Assembly: GCA_028534125.1 (NCBI GenBank)
Contig: CM052818.1
Coordinates: 35,838,001 to 35,902,000 of the forward strand
From: Lama glama
Lineage: Eukaryota
Direction of reading: 5' to 3'
Length of the DNA: 64,000 bases
The notes beneath the pieces are model-generated. The model did not search any database. It was not told where the DNA came from and saw only the letters and a list, made by a program, of their open reading frames with translations. Below are positions 12,535-26,039 of the stretch, piece after piece. A program made the translations under genes and the position numbers. Numbering within the stretch: position 1 is the first letter of the stretch; each line of letters begins with the position of its first letter.

Positions 12535-14440
12535 ACACTTCATTTATTTCACAAATAAATCAAGCATCTATCATGTATCAGGCACTGTGCTATAGGTTAA
12601 GCAAATTGTGGGCAACAAAATAGAGGTTCTTGCCCTCGTGAAGTGGAAGACATAAATCAATAAAACTGAAAAATAAAATATAATTTTATACAGTGATAAA
12701 AATCATAAAGGAAAGTAATAAGAATTCATAGAGAAAAACAATAGAGGAGATCTAATTTTAATTGGGGGGGTCAACTGAGGCTTCTCTGAAGAAGTGATGT
12801 TTAAGCCATGACTTGAGAGATTAGTAGAATTAGGATGGTTTTCTCCTTACCTTATTCTCAGTACTTTTTGCCCAATTTGGGGGAGTTAGATTTCCTCGTG
12901 GTTCTCATGCCCTAGGCTTCTTTTTCCCTTGTACTAAACATTACTCTGGGGTGAGGTCACACAGGATGGTTTCAAAAAAATCTCTAAACCAATGACTCCT
13001 GAATCTCCATCTCTAGCCCAGATCTCCTGGTTCTCAGATCCATAATCCAACTCCTTACCAGACACCTCTATCAGGATGTCAAAGAGGCAGCTCAAATTCA
13101 AATTTCCAAAATGAACTGAACATCTCCTTACGCATTTTTTTCCCAGTTGGTACACCTGAGTCATTCTGGCCTCTTCTCTCAAACCCCACATGCACGCTAA
13201 ACACCAGGATGTATCCATTTTTATTTCCTAAATATTTCCAAAATCCATCCCTTCCTCATATTCTCCTCTTATCACCTCTTGCTGGACTACTGAAGTAGCT
13301 CCTCAGATGGCCTCCCTGAGCCACCAGAGTAGGCTATCAAAAACGTAAGTCTCATCATGTCAATCTCTTGCTTAAAACTCTTCCCTAAATCCTCACTGCC
13401 CACAGGACAACATTCAACCCCCCAACATAATATACAAAGTTTGCATCAGCTCTCATCTACTGTGTGTCTATTACAGAATTTGGCAAATGGTGAATGAATG
13501 GCTAAATATTTGTCCAAATAAGTTTAGTCCAACCAATACAATCTATACATAAACAGACTATATATATAAATAAAATATACAACATATAGTCTCTATATAT
13601 ACATATAGATCATATATGTCAATTTTAGTTTCAACTCCAAGAAGAGACTTTAAAGATAAAATCTTGGTAACATCTCCATCTTCCCAGAAAAGGTAAACAT
13701 TAAATCAGAAAACTTTAAATTGATCTCAATGTGAGTAGCCCAACTTAACAACAAACATTTATTGAGCTCTTACTATATGTCAGTCTCTGTTCTAGGTACT
13801 TGGGATACAACTGTGAATGAAATTTATAAAAACCACTGCCTTTGCTGAGTTTCATTCTGTTGTGAGGGAGAGCAGCAAAATTTTAAAGTAAATTATAGAG
13901 TATATTAGAAGATGACAAGGGATGTGGAGAAAAATAAGGTACAGAGGCTTAGGTGTGTGGAAGGAGAGGGACAGCAATTTTAAGTAAGGTAGTTAGGAAG
14001 GGCCTCACTGAGAAGATGAGATGTGAGCAAAGAGTTGAAGGAGGTGAGGGAGAGAGAGTGACAGGGAAGTGCTCCTGACAGGGGAAGGGCTGTAAAGCCT
14101 GAAGGCCAGAGTATAACTATGCTTTTTGAGAGAAATGAAAGAGATCAGTGGAGGAAGAACTGAAGAGTGAGGAGTAAGAAACGAAGCTGCATCAGGTAAG
14201 GACTTGAGTGAAGCCATTTTAACAACTTTAGTTTTACTCTGAGTGAATTAGGCAATAATTGGAGGGTTAAGACAGAAGAATGACAAGGTCTGATTTTTAT
14301 TCTTAGACTTCCTCTAAGAAGAATGAATACTATCTTTCTCATCTCAGTAATTTGGTATCTAAATAAGTTTCCAGCTGCTAAATGTACATTTCTGTTTGGA
14401 TATCCCACTGTCACCTCAAACCCAACATGTATAAAATATG
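12535..14440. mobile_element. Cluster of L2 fragments in both orientations (minus ~12535-12840, plus ~12935-13500, minus ~13745-14320)
   Basis: L2 motifs: caacaaacatttattgagctcttactatatg; ggaagggcctcactgagaagatgagatgtgagc; ctctagcccagatctc...gcagctcaaattcaa. Confidence 0.75.
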
Positions 14441-16634
14441 ATGGACTTTTAAGTTCCAGATCTCTATTAATGATAAATAAGTGAAATGAGCTGTATTATG
14501 GATTAATGTCATCATAGAAAAACATTTGTTAAGCCTTTTGTGGGGGGAGAGGAAGAATTTATATGATAAGGAAAATAATTACAATTTAAGATGGACAACC
14601 TCAATGCAAAGGTAAATACATCAAAACACAACCAAAAAAATGTTGAAAAACCCGATAATGGTTTTGACAGTACCCATTCTGAAACCCAAACACAGAACAA
14701 GATTAATCAGCTAAGTGGAGTATTATTATAATGAATAAGACTGCAACCTTCTTTTCCTATGGAAAGTCACAGAAACATAAATGAGGTTAACCAGGTACCA
14801 CAGAAGTAAAGAAACCATTTAATTTTATTTTTACATAGAAGTAAAATACAGATATATTTCAAAATTTATTGAGACAAAAATGAAAGTATGCAATAAATTT
14901 ATAATAATGAACTAGCATCAACTCTAAGTTTTTCAACCAAAAGTAGAAATAAAAGAGAAGAAAATGATGAACAGGAAAGAAAATGAAACATAAGACTTTA
15001 GAGTCTGTTAAAAATCCTAAAGAAAAGAGTTAGCTAACTCCTACTTCATGCTCAGTTTTACTTAGCTATTTTCTCTGCCTCCAAAGACGTTATCCATCTA
15101 AGAATTTACCCATCTGAATTCTACTTACTCTCAAAATACTCCTGGGTATATATTTCTTATGATAATGTGCTATAAAATTATAATTCTCTTGTCTCCTAGT
15201 TTGTGAACTGAAAGACAGTTACTAAATCTTTTTGCCATATATCCAATATGTGAAAATGATGCCTAAAATATACAGAAACTAAAATAGGTGATAAACTAAA
15301 TGTAATTAAGCTATTTTACTAATACAACATTTAAAATTTTTAAAAACCATTTCAGATTTTTTAATAAATAAACATTTTCTGGAATCTTTCATAAAACTTT
15401 GGAATTCTTTCCTGTAACTGAGAAACTGAGCTTTCCTGAAATAACTGTTCCCTTGTTTTCAATGGAAAAAACAACAACAACAACTTTCTCAGTCTAGGGA
15501 TTTGAGAACATTTCTTCTGATTTTGAAAAGGATAAAGAAATCTCCTACAGTATTTATAGTACTAAAGAGACACAAAGACATGCTGCTGCCACACAACTGT
15601 AAATATAAACAATATAATCTCACAGACTGGATAATTTTGAGCAACAAATAAATCTGGATTTAAAACAATATTCCTCATACTGTGCTACCTCAGACTGCTG
15701 GCTGGAGGCTGACATCTGCTAAATTTATCTGAAATTCTGGGGCTAAGGAGACATCAGACAACAATTCAACAGCAATTCAATACCTGGCCTACCAAAATAA
15801 GAGCCAACAGTAAGGAGCTATGAGAAAGTCACCAACAATTTGCTGATGATATGATTCTGGTATTAACTCCTTTCTATTTACAAAACACAATAAACAGTGG
15901 AATGCAAAACCTCTGATGAGTGAAAACTATTATAGCTGTTCTATTTGTGGAATGGCTTTATATTTGGCAGTAAGGGTACTTTAAACAAGGTTCATTAAGA
16001 AAAGAAATGTTGGTTTCAGGAAGCCAATTTGCATATCACCTTTTCACAAAAGAGGTAAGGTTTCTAAGTAAAGGTACCCTGTTGATTTAAAAAGAGTTGC
16101 TAGATTATACCCAAACAATCTCATGCAATCTCTAGAGAGCCATTTTAGGAACTAGAAACTACATCTACCTCCGTTTAAATGGATCAGACTAAACTAAATA
16201 GGTGGAGCTGAAGAAATAGGTCAGTGCTTTATATTTCAGGTAAATTATAAATTTCTACATAAGAAATCTGTCACAACTAGATTTAGCCGAGAACTGCATA
16301 ATTTGAAAAATCAGTAACAATTAGTTAATAAACAACTCTAACAATGTACTGTAAAATGCTTAGCAGGCAATTAGCACAGAGAAGCACAGACATGATGAGA
16401 GGGGCACTCTGAGAGTTAAACTTCTCAAGCTGATAGTTGCTACATGGGAAAAAGCATGATAAATAAAGAGCTCCTGCACTGGGTAACTGCCAGAAAGAAT
16501 GTTTCTCAAAATGGAATCCTTGGACTCCTAGAGTTCTCTAAAAATAAACTTTTCAATGATTTCTTTTCATTTCAATGTTGAAATCTTCCTCATGTGATAA
16601 GAAAGGATGGGGACTTCAGGGTTCCCACTGCCCT

Positions 16635-17290
16635 TTTTATTGTTGAATAATTTCCCACTGTTTGGATATACCACATTTTGTTTATTTAGTTATCAGCTGA
16701 TGGCCATTTAGGTTTCTACACTGCTGGAGTTATTTATCAATACTACTGCTATGAACATTGATATGCAAATTTTTGTGCAAACATGTCTTCAATTATCTTT
16801 GGCATGAAACTACTAGGTCATTCTGTAACTTTCTTTAACTTTTTTGAGGGAACTGCCGAACTGTCTTCCATAGCGGCTGTACCATCTTAAATTCTCACCA
16901 GCAATGCACAAGTGATCCAATTTTTCCACATCCTCATCAAAAATTGTTATTTTCTGTTTTAAATTTTTATTTTAATTATAGCTATCCTAGTGGGTGTGAA
17001 ATGGTATCTCACTACGGTTTTGACTTACATTTAATGACACTGAGCATCTTTTCATGTGCTTATTGGTCATTTGTATATCTCTTTGGAGAAATGTCTATTC
17101 AGGTCCTTTGCCCATTTAAAAAAGGGTTATTGTCTTTTTCTTGGTGAGCCATAAGACTTTTTTATATTCATGTACTAGATCCCTATTAGATATATGATTT
17201 GTAACTATTCTCCCATTCTGTGGGTTAGCTTTTCACTTTCTTTATAGTGTCTTTTGAAGAGCAGAAGTTTGAAAATTTTGATGAAATCCG
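16635..17290 (-). mobile_element. Old L1 (L1MB-like) ORF2 3' fragment
   Basis: gctatcctagtgggtgtgaaatggtatctc...gagcatcttttcatgtgcttattggtcatttgtatatctctttggagaaatgtctattc. Confidence 0.9.
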
Positions 17291-18444
17291 ACTTATTAAA
17301 CAGAGAAGTACAACATCTGGGCTTCCTTAAATATAGTTTCTACTGATTGTTTTTTTTTTTCCTGTATATGAGCCATTGTTTTTTTTGTTGTTGTTGTTTC
17401 TTTGCATGCCTCCAATTTTTTTTTGTTAAAAAATAGAATTTTGAAGCTAATAACTATACAAGGATTTCCTTAAACATCTGGAAACAAAAATTCTCTCTGA
17501 ACCCCGCAAAGCCAGGAACCAAAACTCAGATGGTAGTTATCCCTTGCCCAGAGAAAACTCTCTGCCCCATAAGCCTCTGCCATAAATGACCAGCCAATAT
17601 CTTAACCATTAACCACTATGGCCAGGAATAAAAAGCAAAGGTAAGAAACAAATTCAAAGCAATGAGTTCTTTAAAAAATAGACATCATTTTATCTTATTT
17701 CATTGATTCTATAAAATGTCAGATGTTCCTTAAAGTGTTTTTGTAAAAGAAAATCCTGTAAAACTCTTTTAAATTTTTAATGCTAATAATAAAGATATTA
17801 TCAACGATTTGGTAGCTTAACTTTTAAAAGTATGTAATGTTTGAAACAATGTATTTAACAAGTTTATGTTTACCACTAAAAATTATTCTACAGATCAAGA
17901 GACAATGCTTCCTTTCTTTGTATTATTTTTTCCTAAATGGAAAGAATAAGTTTGGAAAAGTATCAAAATATATTTTTTCTATTAGCAAATACAGAAAAAG
18001 AGGAAATCCAAATTAGTTTTAAATCCAATTACTTTAAATTTCTCATATTGAGTTTATTTAAAATTTAATTTTTTACGATAAACAATAAACACATATGCAT
18101 TTGCCTTGTTAAAATACCTTGTTAAAATACTCTTATTGAGAAAAAATGATAAGCATATGAAACACATGTTAATGGCAGCTATCTTATTAAAACAATTTGG
18201 CAAAAATACCCTCAACATTTCCTTCTAAATCTATAAAGCTAAATGATTCCAGTTATCTTAAAATGACATTGGGTAATTGTAGACACTACATATGTCTTCC
18301 AAAATTTAGTTCTACGTTGTTTTAACTTGTGAAAAATATGCTGGTGTTTTTTAAAAAGAAAAATATTAATGTCAGTCTTCCTGTAGTCAGGCCCATTAAT
18401 ATGCATCCAATTAAAGGGTATGACAATGTAATAATATATACTGA

Positions 18445-18830
18445 GTGTTTCTGTATTTTATATGTATTATTTCACTGATTCCTCGCAACTGCCCTATGAA
18501 ATGTGTATTACTATTACTACCACTTTACAGAATCATTGAGTTCAATAGTTTAACCTTACTTAAGAAAATATGGTCTGATGATGGTAAGAATGACGATGAT
18601 GACAAAGTTATTATGTGCTAATCACTAACTTATATTATTTACTTATAAACCTAACTAACCCATTCACTCATAAAACATGAGGTAGGCATTATCATCATTA
18701 TCATCCATTTTAGAGATGAGGAAACTGAGGCACAGAGAAGTTACTTCATCTGCCCAAGATCATAAGTGGCAGAGGCAGAAATCATTTTTAGGTAATTTGT
18801 TTCCAGAATCTGGCTATGCTTTAACTTCTT
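18445..18830 (-). mobile_element. Two MIR fragments
   Basis: atccattttagagatgaggaaactgaggcacagagaagtt is the antisense MIR core; a second partial core lies at ~18480-18560. Confidence 0.85.
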
Positions 18831-19395
18831 CTACGATCATTACAATATAAAAATAATTATTCCTTATAATATGTGATTCAATCTTAAGATGTAAATGTAC
18901 TATTTCGTCAAAATCAAAAGTTCTGCCTTTACAAACCCTAATTTTTGTCCAAACATTTATAAATCTTGGATTCGAAGATTATATGTAGACATATGCACAC
19001 TTACATAAAATTCCTTTCAGTAAGTTCCAAGTCATCTTTAGGAATGTATCTTCTGGAATTTTGGGCTCCTACCATTTAACAGACTTTCTTGAAAAAAATC
19101 TTTATAGGCTTTGTTCTACCAGACAAGATTCTGAGTAACAAAAACCATGAAATCTCCAAAGTCCCAAATCACAGTCTGTTTAGAAAGGAATAAAATGGAA
19201 ACAGACAAGCTCAAAATGAGAGCCATTATAACAGCTGATCTATACTTTTTCAAAATGTCAATGTCACAGAAGACAAAGACAAGTTGAGAAACTATTCCAG
19301 GTAAAAGGAACCAAAGAGATGTGACAATTATGCAATGTGTGATTCTGGATCAGACAGCTGGTAAAATTTTAATATGAACTATATATTTGAAAATT

Positions 19396-19529
19396 GGGAG
19401 GAGGGTATAGCCCAAGTGGTAGAGCACATGCTTAGCATGCACAAGGTCCCAGGTTCAATCCCCAGTACCTACATTAAAAAATAATAATAAGTAAATAAAC
19501 AAACCTAATTACCTCTTCCTCCAAAAAAC
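19396..19529 (+). mobile_element. tRNA-Ala-derived camelid SINE (Vic-1 type)
   Basis: GGAGGGTATAGCCCAAGTGGTAGAGCACATGCTTAGCATGCACAAGGTCCCAGGTTCAATCCCCAGTACC...aaacctaattacctc; homologous to the copy at 8906. Confidence 0.92.
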
Positions 19530-19591
<62 letters not shown>

Positions 19592-19676
19592 GAAGGAAGG
19601 AAGGAAGAAAAGAAAGAAAATGAAAGAAAGAAAAAAAGAAAGAAAATGAAAGAAAGAAAGAAAGAAAGAAAGAAAA
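19530..19676 (+). repeat. Compound (GAAA)n/(GGAA)n microsatellite
   Basis: About 15 perfect GAAA units, then GGAA units and interrupted GAAA units. Confidence 0.97.
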
Positions 19677-20899
19677 TGTTGTTCCCTGAATTTCATTATT
19701 ATATTGTGGTTCAGTAGGAAACACACAGTGAATATTTAGGAGTAAAAGATCATTAATGTCTGTAATTTATTCTCTGATGATTCATCATCACCATCATCAT
19801 CATAATGGTTATTAAGGAGGAGGGGCAGGAGAAGTACTAGTAAATATATATACAGAAAAAGCAAATATAACAAAATGTTTACAATTGGGGAAACTGGGCA
19901 ATGAGCACACAGGTGTGCAGCCTACCAATCTTGTAACTACTTGGTATGTTTAAAGCTGTTTTTAATAAATGTTAAGAGGAATAGAAAAGACACCCAACCC
20001 ATAGTTCAACCACTAGATTATTCTATTTTCTCTCCCTTTCTCTTTCATAAAGTCAAGGTATGAGCATTTCCTTCTAAAAACTCTTAAAGAGAGGGCCCTC
20101 CAAAATGATTAAAGTTTCTCTTAATTGTAATACATCCTACTCTGCAAAACGTTTTTCTTAATAATGAGGATGCTTATAAACTCATTTCTCTCTCTTATTG
20201 AGAATCAAGTCTGATTTCAAACAACAGAATACATAAGTTAATAAATACAATGTATCACCAGTTAATAAAAGCCAGAAATCTGGAGTATGTTTGTTTCAGA
20301 AACCAATGAAATTTTAAAGAGATTTAATGGTGGTAGGATTAAATGAGTATCTTCTTAAATCATGCTGCACCTCCAGTCCTTGGTTTAAAAAACTCTCTGC
20401 CAGTTGACAGTCTTGTCTCCATCTCCCAAATTCATTATTTACTCCAAACATAGGCACTGCTTCTCAGCCAATCAAATTCAATTGCATTTAACTTCTATGA
20501 CTGCTAAACCCCACCCTCCAAATCAACAGCTATCACTCTCTAGGGTGACAACCTCTTAATCTCGGTAGTGTTTATACAAATACATTCAGTACATGATAAC
20601 TCAAGAGTTGTACCCTTAAAATTTATGATTTATATCTATATATGTTATAATTCAATTTAAAAGTCTATTATTGAAAAAAAAAACAACTTCCTGCTGGAAG
20701 TCTTCCCTTTATTGGTTTATTGGTTTCTAATTTTACTCTTCAACTTTTTACCTACCATCTTGGCTTGGTGCATGTTTATTTTTCTCATTATAGGCTGATA
20801 AGACCATTCATCTTCATGGATACACTAGTTCTATTCTTTCAGTTAGCTTACAAACTCTTGGAAAACAACAATTGTAAAAATGCCCCAAAATACAAAATC

Positions 20900-20944
20900 T
20901 AGATAGATAGATAGATGATAGATGATAGATAGATAGAGATATAG
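20900..20944 (+). repeat. (GATA)n microsatellite
   Basis: tagatagatagatagatgatagatgatagatagatag. Confidence 0.95.
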
Positions 20945-21884
20945 GTTTAATGACTGGATTATATTAGAAATGTATAGACCAAATCTGGGGATGGTTCAGT
21001 AGTTTTTCTGCTGCCATTTTAATTCAGTAAGGACTTGAATTGTAAGTCTCATTGTAAGATACTGATCTGAAGCCTATATTAGTTTCAGTGTGTATTAACA
21101 TAATTTACAAAGAAGTTTTCTAATATTTCATTTAGGAATGTCAGCACATATTTTATAATAACCTTGAAGCTTTTCAGATCAAACACATATTTCCATATAA
21201 AATAAGAGTCAATAGGTAGTCATTTTCACACCATATTTTTGTAGAAACAAAGCTCTTTAAAAACAGAGCTTTAATTCCTACCTGGGAGACTTCTTTGTTC
21301 ATAATGAGTCTTCAAAACAGATATGGTCAAATCTAGTGCTCCAGAGGGTAGCTTCCAGGGGTATGGGGTAATGCTGTTTTCCAGAGATGGCTCTAGTCTC
21401 TTCACTCTTACCTCATTTAAGGCCAATTATGCAAACAACTAAAAAAAAGGAGAAGAAAAAAAATAAAAGCAGAAGGGAGGTTAGACTGCTATTTTATTTT
21501 CAAAGAAATGATAATACAACTTCTCAGGCCAAATGGAAAAATATTTCCAAAAGATGATGGATGACTATCTGATTTTACAACTGAAGTCCTTTTGGTGATT
21601 AAATATATATTCCTATTTAAAACTGCTGCTTAGGTAATACATAATTACATTCTGCCCTTAATTTCCTGAAGGCCTATTTATATGTCTTAAAAAGTTTTTT
21701 TCTGGCTATATTTGTATATTTATCTTTCTACTTATAAATTCAGATTTTTCATGTTTTCAGTTTACATTTAATTCTTTCTTTCATTTCTATAATATTTCTC
21801 ACTAAGTATTAAAGTTACTATGGTATTTTATTTTTAAATTTTTTACTGAAAATGTTTACAAACATTATATATTCATAGTACTTA

Positions 21885-24500
21885 AAATTCACTGAGCTCT
21901 GGTTCTACTAAAGATGAGATAACTTGTATTGGACTAACTTGCCCAAAAATGACAATTATTAACTCTGGACAGAACATTAAAAAATAACTGTTCAAAGATG
22001 CTGAAAAGTGACCAAAAGCAGGCAGAAATGTAGGGGATTTGATCACTGAAAGAAAGGAATCATACTGGATGAGAACTACACTCATAAGACTTTCCCTTAA
22101 AAGAACTCTTCCCAATATACCCCGCAAGTACTGGAGGAATAGAATAGACGTGAGAGAAAACCACTGTCTCATTGGCCTGAGGCAATAGAGAATGTGGTTC
22201 AGAGCTGAAAGAAAGCTAGATAATAGGAGAAGATCATGCAGAGAAGGGCAGTACAGTAAGGGGGTGGGAAATCTTAACTCTGTATACAAATGTTCCATAA
22301 ATCCTTGGTCGATTCCTGAACCGCTCAGGCACAGGAAGACTCCAAGTAGCCCCATATAATCATACCACAACTGAGATTCCCCTTTGCTGTTTATAACCAT
22401 GCACTTCTCATTCCTCTTTTCTTAACTGCTAGCAACCACTTATCTGTTTTCTATTTCTATAATTTTGTCACTTTGAGAATGTTATAAAAATTGAATCAAA
22501 TAGTATGGAAACATTTTGGATTGGCTTTTTTTCACTCAGCATAATGCCCCTGAGAGCAATCCAATTTGTTGCATATATAAATAGTTTGTTCCTTTTTATT
22601 GCTTCATGGTTTAAAGATACCACAGTTTCTTTTCACTATTCACCATTCTAGTACATTTGGGTTGTTTTCAGTTTGGGGCTATTATGAAGAAAGCTGCTAT
22701 GAATATTTGTGTATAGGCTTTTGTGTAAATGTAAGTTTACATTTCCCTAGAATAAATACCCAGAAATGCAATTAGGTTGTACAGTAAATGTGTATTTATC
22801 AGCTAATAATTTAGCTGTCTACTAGAACAAAAATCAATACTCTTCAGAAAAAGAAAACATCCACAATATCCAATATACAATAAAAAAATTACTAAACATT
22901 CAAGGAAGCTAGAAATTGTAACTCAAGATCGGGGAAAAAAAGCTCAACAGAAACCTACTATAAAATGATCAGTTGAAATAAACTGATATGAATGCTAAAG
23001 AATTACTGTAAGTATGTTCAATATGTTGTAATGAGTGAACAGATATGAAATACTGGTAGCAAATGAAAATTATAAAATAGAAATAAATGGAAATTCAAGA
23101 ACTAGATAGTTCAACATCAAAATTTTTAAGTTCACTGGATAGGTTTAATAGATTTGAGATAGCACAAAAAGTCAGTGAACTTGAAGGCAAAACGATACCC
23201 AATAAAATGATTGAACAACTGAAAAAAATTAAAACCAAAGTTGTTGTGTTTTTTTTTAAAGGCTAAAAAATTGTTAATATTTGAGCAAGACTGATCAAGA
23301 AAAATGAAAGGCAACACAAATTACCAATGTCAGAAACAGGAGAGAGATCACTTCAGGTCCTGCAGATGTAATGTACTAAACCACATAATGCAAATCAAAA
23401 TTGAGTAACTGAGATAAAATAAAAAACTCCTTGAAAAACACAAATTACTAAAACAACCACAAAAAGGATGTTATTTATTAAAAAAAAATTTGTAATTAAA
23501 ACAAAACAAACTCCAGGCCCAGATGGCTTCACTGGTGGGTTCTATGAAAATTTAAGGAAGCAATAGTAACAATTTTACACACTTTCTAGAAAATAAGAGA
23601 GAGCTACATCGCAACAGGTAAGCAAAACCCTAATACCAAACCTGACAAAGATATTACCAGAAAAGAAAATCAGCCTTATGAGTACTGATGGAAAATAGCA
23701 AATTTAATCCAGCAATATATAAGAAGGATAATATACCATGACAAGTGTGGTTTATCCAAGGAATATGTAAGGATGGTTTAAATTTCAAATATCAATCAAT
23801 GTAATTTACCATATTAACAGAATAAAAGGCATATAAACATCTCAACGGGTACAGAAAAACACCTGAAAAATTCAAGACCCATTCACGGTGAAATTCTCAG
23901 CAAGCAAAGAACTAGAACGTAACTCCTTTAATCTGATAAGAAAGATCAATGAAAAACCTACAGCTAGTATTTTACATAATGGTGAAATACTAGGAGTTCT
24001 CCTAATATTGGAAGCAAGGCAAGAATATTCACTCTAACCACTTCTATTAATTACTGTAATGGATATGCTGGAGGTCTCAGTGCAATAAGAAAAAGAAATA
24101 AAAGGAAGGTTAGAAAAGAAGAACTAAAATTGTCTTTATTCAATTAAAATAACTTTTTAGCACATAATTCTAAGGAATCTGAAAAATGATTACTAGAATG
24201 AATAAGTAATTTGACAAAGTTGTAGGACACAGGGAAGTATACAAAAATCAATTGTGTTTCCATACAACCACAGGAAACAACTGGGAAACAAAATGTAAAA
24301 CAATTTATAATTGCATCAAAAAACACAAAATACTTAAGAATTAGTTTAACAAAAGATATGCAAGACCTATACACTTAAAATTATAAAATATTCCTGAAAT
24401 TAAAAAACATTAAAAAAAAGTGGTTGAATATTTTCATGGGTTCACCAAGCCTCAATAATATTGACGTCAATTTTCCCCCAAAATAATTCATATACTCAAA
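21885..24500 (+). mobile_element. Old L1 (5'UTR, ORF1 and ORF2 remnants) with a nested antisense L1 3' fragment at ~22375-22800
   Basis: ORF2 text ccaggcccagatggcttcactggtgggttctatg, ctaataccaaacctgacaaagat, aaaaacctacagctag. The nested piece reads ggcttttttcactcagcataatg...aaagctgctatgaatatttgtgta. Confidence 0.85.
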
Positions 24501-25280
24501 AATAAAATTAATGGTTTATTTTATGAATATTTAGTATATTTTATGGTCAGTGGATAACAAATCTATTTCTGTTTTGTTTTACAATATATTTTTAATGTGG
24601 GATTTTTTTTCAATGCTTGTTTTGGGCTTTTGCTTTTTAAAATAAAGATTACATTTTTCCCCTCTAAATCATAATTTCCCTCAGTGCTGAATTCCATATT
24701 AAAGTGGAATGCTGAATGTTAGAAAACTGAATGATGATCCAAAAGTGCTTACCTCTCATAGCCCCTCTAAATTAAACTAAGAGCTTTTTATATTTTCAAG
24801 ATTTTTTTCTTTCCTTGAATTAAATCTATAATTCAAAAACTCAAAGAAATGGACTAGCTCTTCATATTGACTTATAGTTTAAATTATTAAAGAAAGGGAT
24901 TTGTAGTTAGGTTACTCCAATTTACATTATAGTTAGTTGGATTGTTCTCACTGTGTATGTCTAGTTTATTTGTATTTGTTATCAACTTAGTGCCCCAAAA
25001 TATTTTGCAGTGAATGAGATTCCTCCTGATCACTACTTTGTGTTCTTTCATCTGTAAGGCACTGTATCTTTGAATTTGCCCTGGGTAAATCTTTAAGAAT
25101 TTGTAAGAACTGGTAAGCAATCACTGACTATGGCAAAGACGGCATTGTTCATGTAGTCATCCACAAACCCAGCTTCTGTCATTTTCTGACTTCCAAGGAA
25201 GAGCGCTCCTCAAAGATCATTTGCGTAGTTAATCCTGCAGATATAATCTTTTCAAATAATTCCATTCTCTTCCATAAAAC

Positions 25281-25434
25281 CTGAGAGTTTTTAAGGGTAC
25301 TTTTTCAAAACCAGGCAGTAACTAAAGCCAGATGGATCCTGCTAATGATTTTGGGTCCTGATGATTCATGGCCAACATGTGAGGGAATATAGGAACAAAG
25401 CTGAGTTGGGTGGCTGAGCACAGTCACTTAGCGA
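25281..25434 (-). other. NCOA1: Probable non-coding 5'UTR exon of NCOA1; donor boundary uncertain
   Basis: There is a strong acceptor, ttatcttgtgcttttctttcttgcag|TCG (AG at 25436-25435), in non-repetitive sequence ~14.7 kb upstream of the start exon. This agrees with my recollection of a ~150-nt UTR exon at a similar distance in human NCOA1 (not verified). The donor CAG|gtttta at 25280 is weak; alternative GTs lie at 25124 and 24752. Confidence 0.5.
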
Positions 25435-26039
25435 CTGCAAGAAAGAAAAGCACAAGATAAATCTATATTCAAAAAAGATATGCAGACAATGAAAAGTGAA
25501 AAATATGGAAACCAAGAGATAGGTGACACACAGAGAACCAAAGAAGGCAGGAGGAATACAACGGAATAGGGAGAAAAAGAGCAGTGCTGATGATCTGATG
25601 TTTGCTATTATGAGATAAATAAGCTTATTATTCTTAAAATGTATCTCTCCAGTAATTATTATGTATTATCTGTGCTATCCAGAGTTCAGAATTTTAAAAG
25701 TCTTTCCTCACTCCCTTACCCCCAGGAACCCAGAGCAGGAGATCTGACACGGATGTTGCAAACTCCTAATAGATCCCCATGCCTGGTGGTTTCCCATTAC
25801 TTGTTCCAATTCTCCCCTCATGCGTAAGGCCTTTCTATTTTCATCATCTGCTTCCAATTCTGGCACAAGTGCTGGCTAATGCTGCACCTCAATTCCTTTA
25901 ATTTAATTTAATAATTTAGTAAATTATTCAATTTAATCTCTTAAATTCAATCTAAGAGTCAGATGAGGAAACAAGGTGACAGAAGAGTACCTATAATGCA
26001 CCTAATACATAGAAAGAGTGAAAAAGGAAATCTATAAAA

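Larger units (their letters stand above)
19195..19975 (+). mobile_element. L1MC-like 3'UTR fragment hosting a SINE insertion
   Basis: caaaatgtcaatgtcacagaagacaaagac...gaaactattccag...gtgacaattatgcaatgtgtgattctggat; similar text resumes after 19677. Confidence 0.65.

Noticed and set aside
19505..19726. Hydrophobic Phe/Leu/Ser-rich ORFs
   Set aside because: These are translations of the (TTTC)n microsatellite.
22099..22130. Short resemblance to U4 snRNA (ttcccaata...ccccgc)
   Set aside because: The match is short and gapped, does not extend on either side, and lies in an old L1 5' region.
21882..22400. 172-aa minus-strand ORF (similarly 54570..55088)
   Set aside because: It overlaps L1-derived or AT-rich sequence, with no recognisable domain or exon structure.
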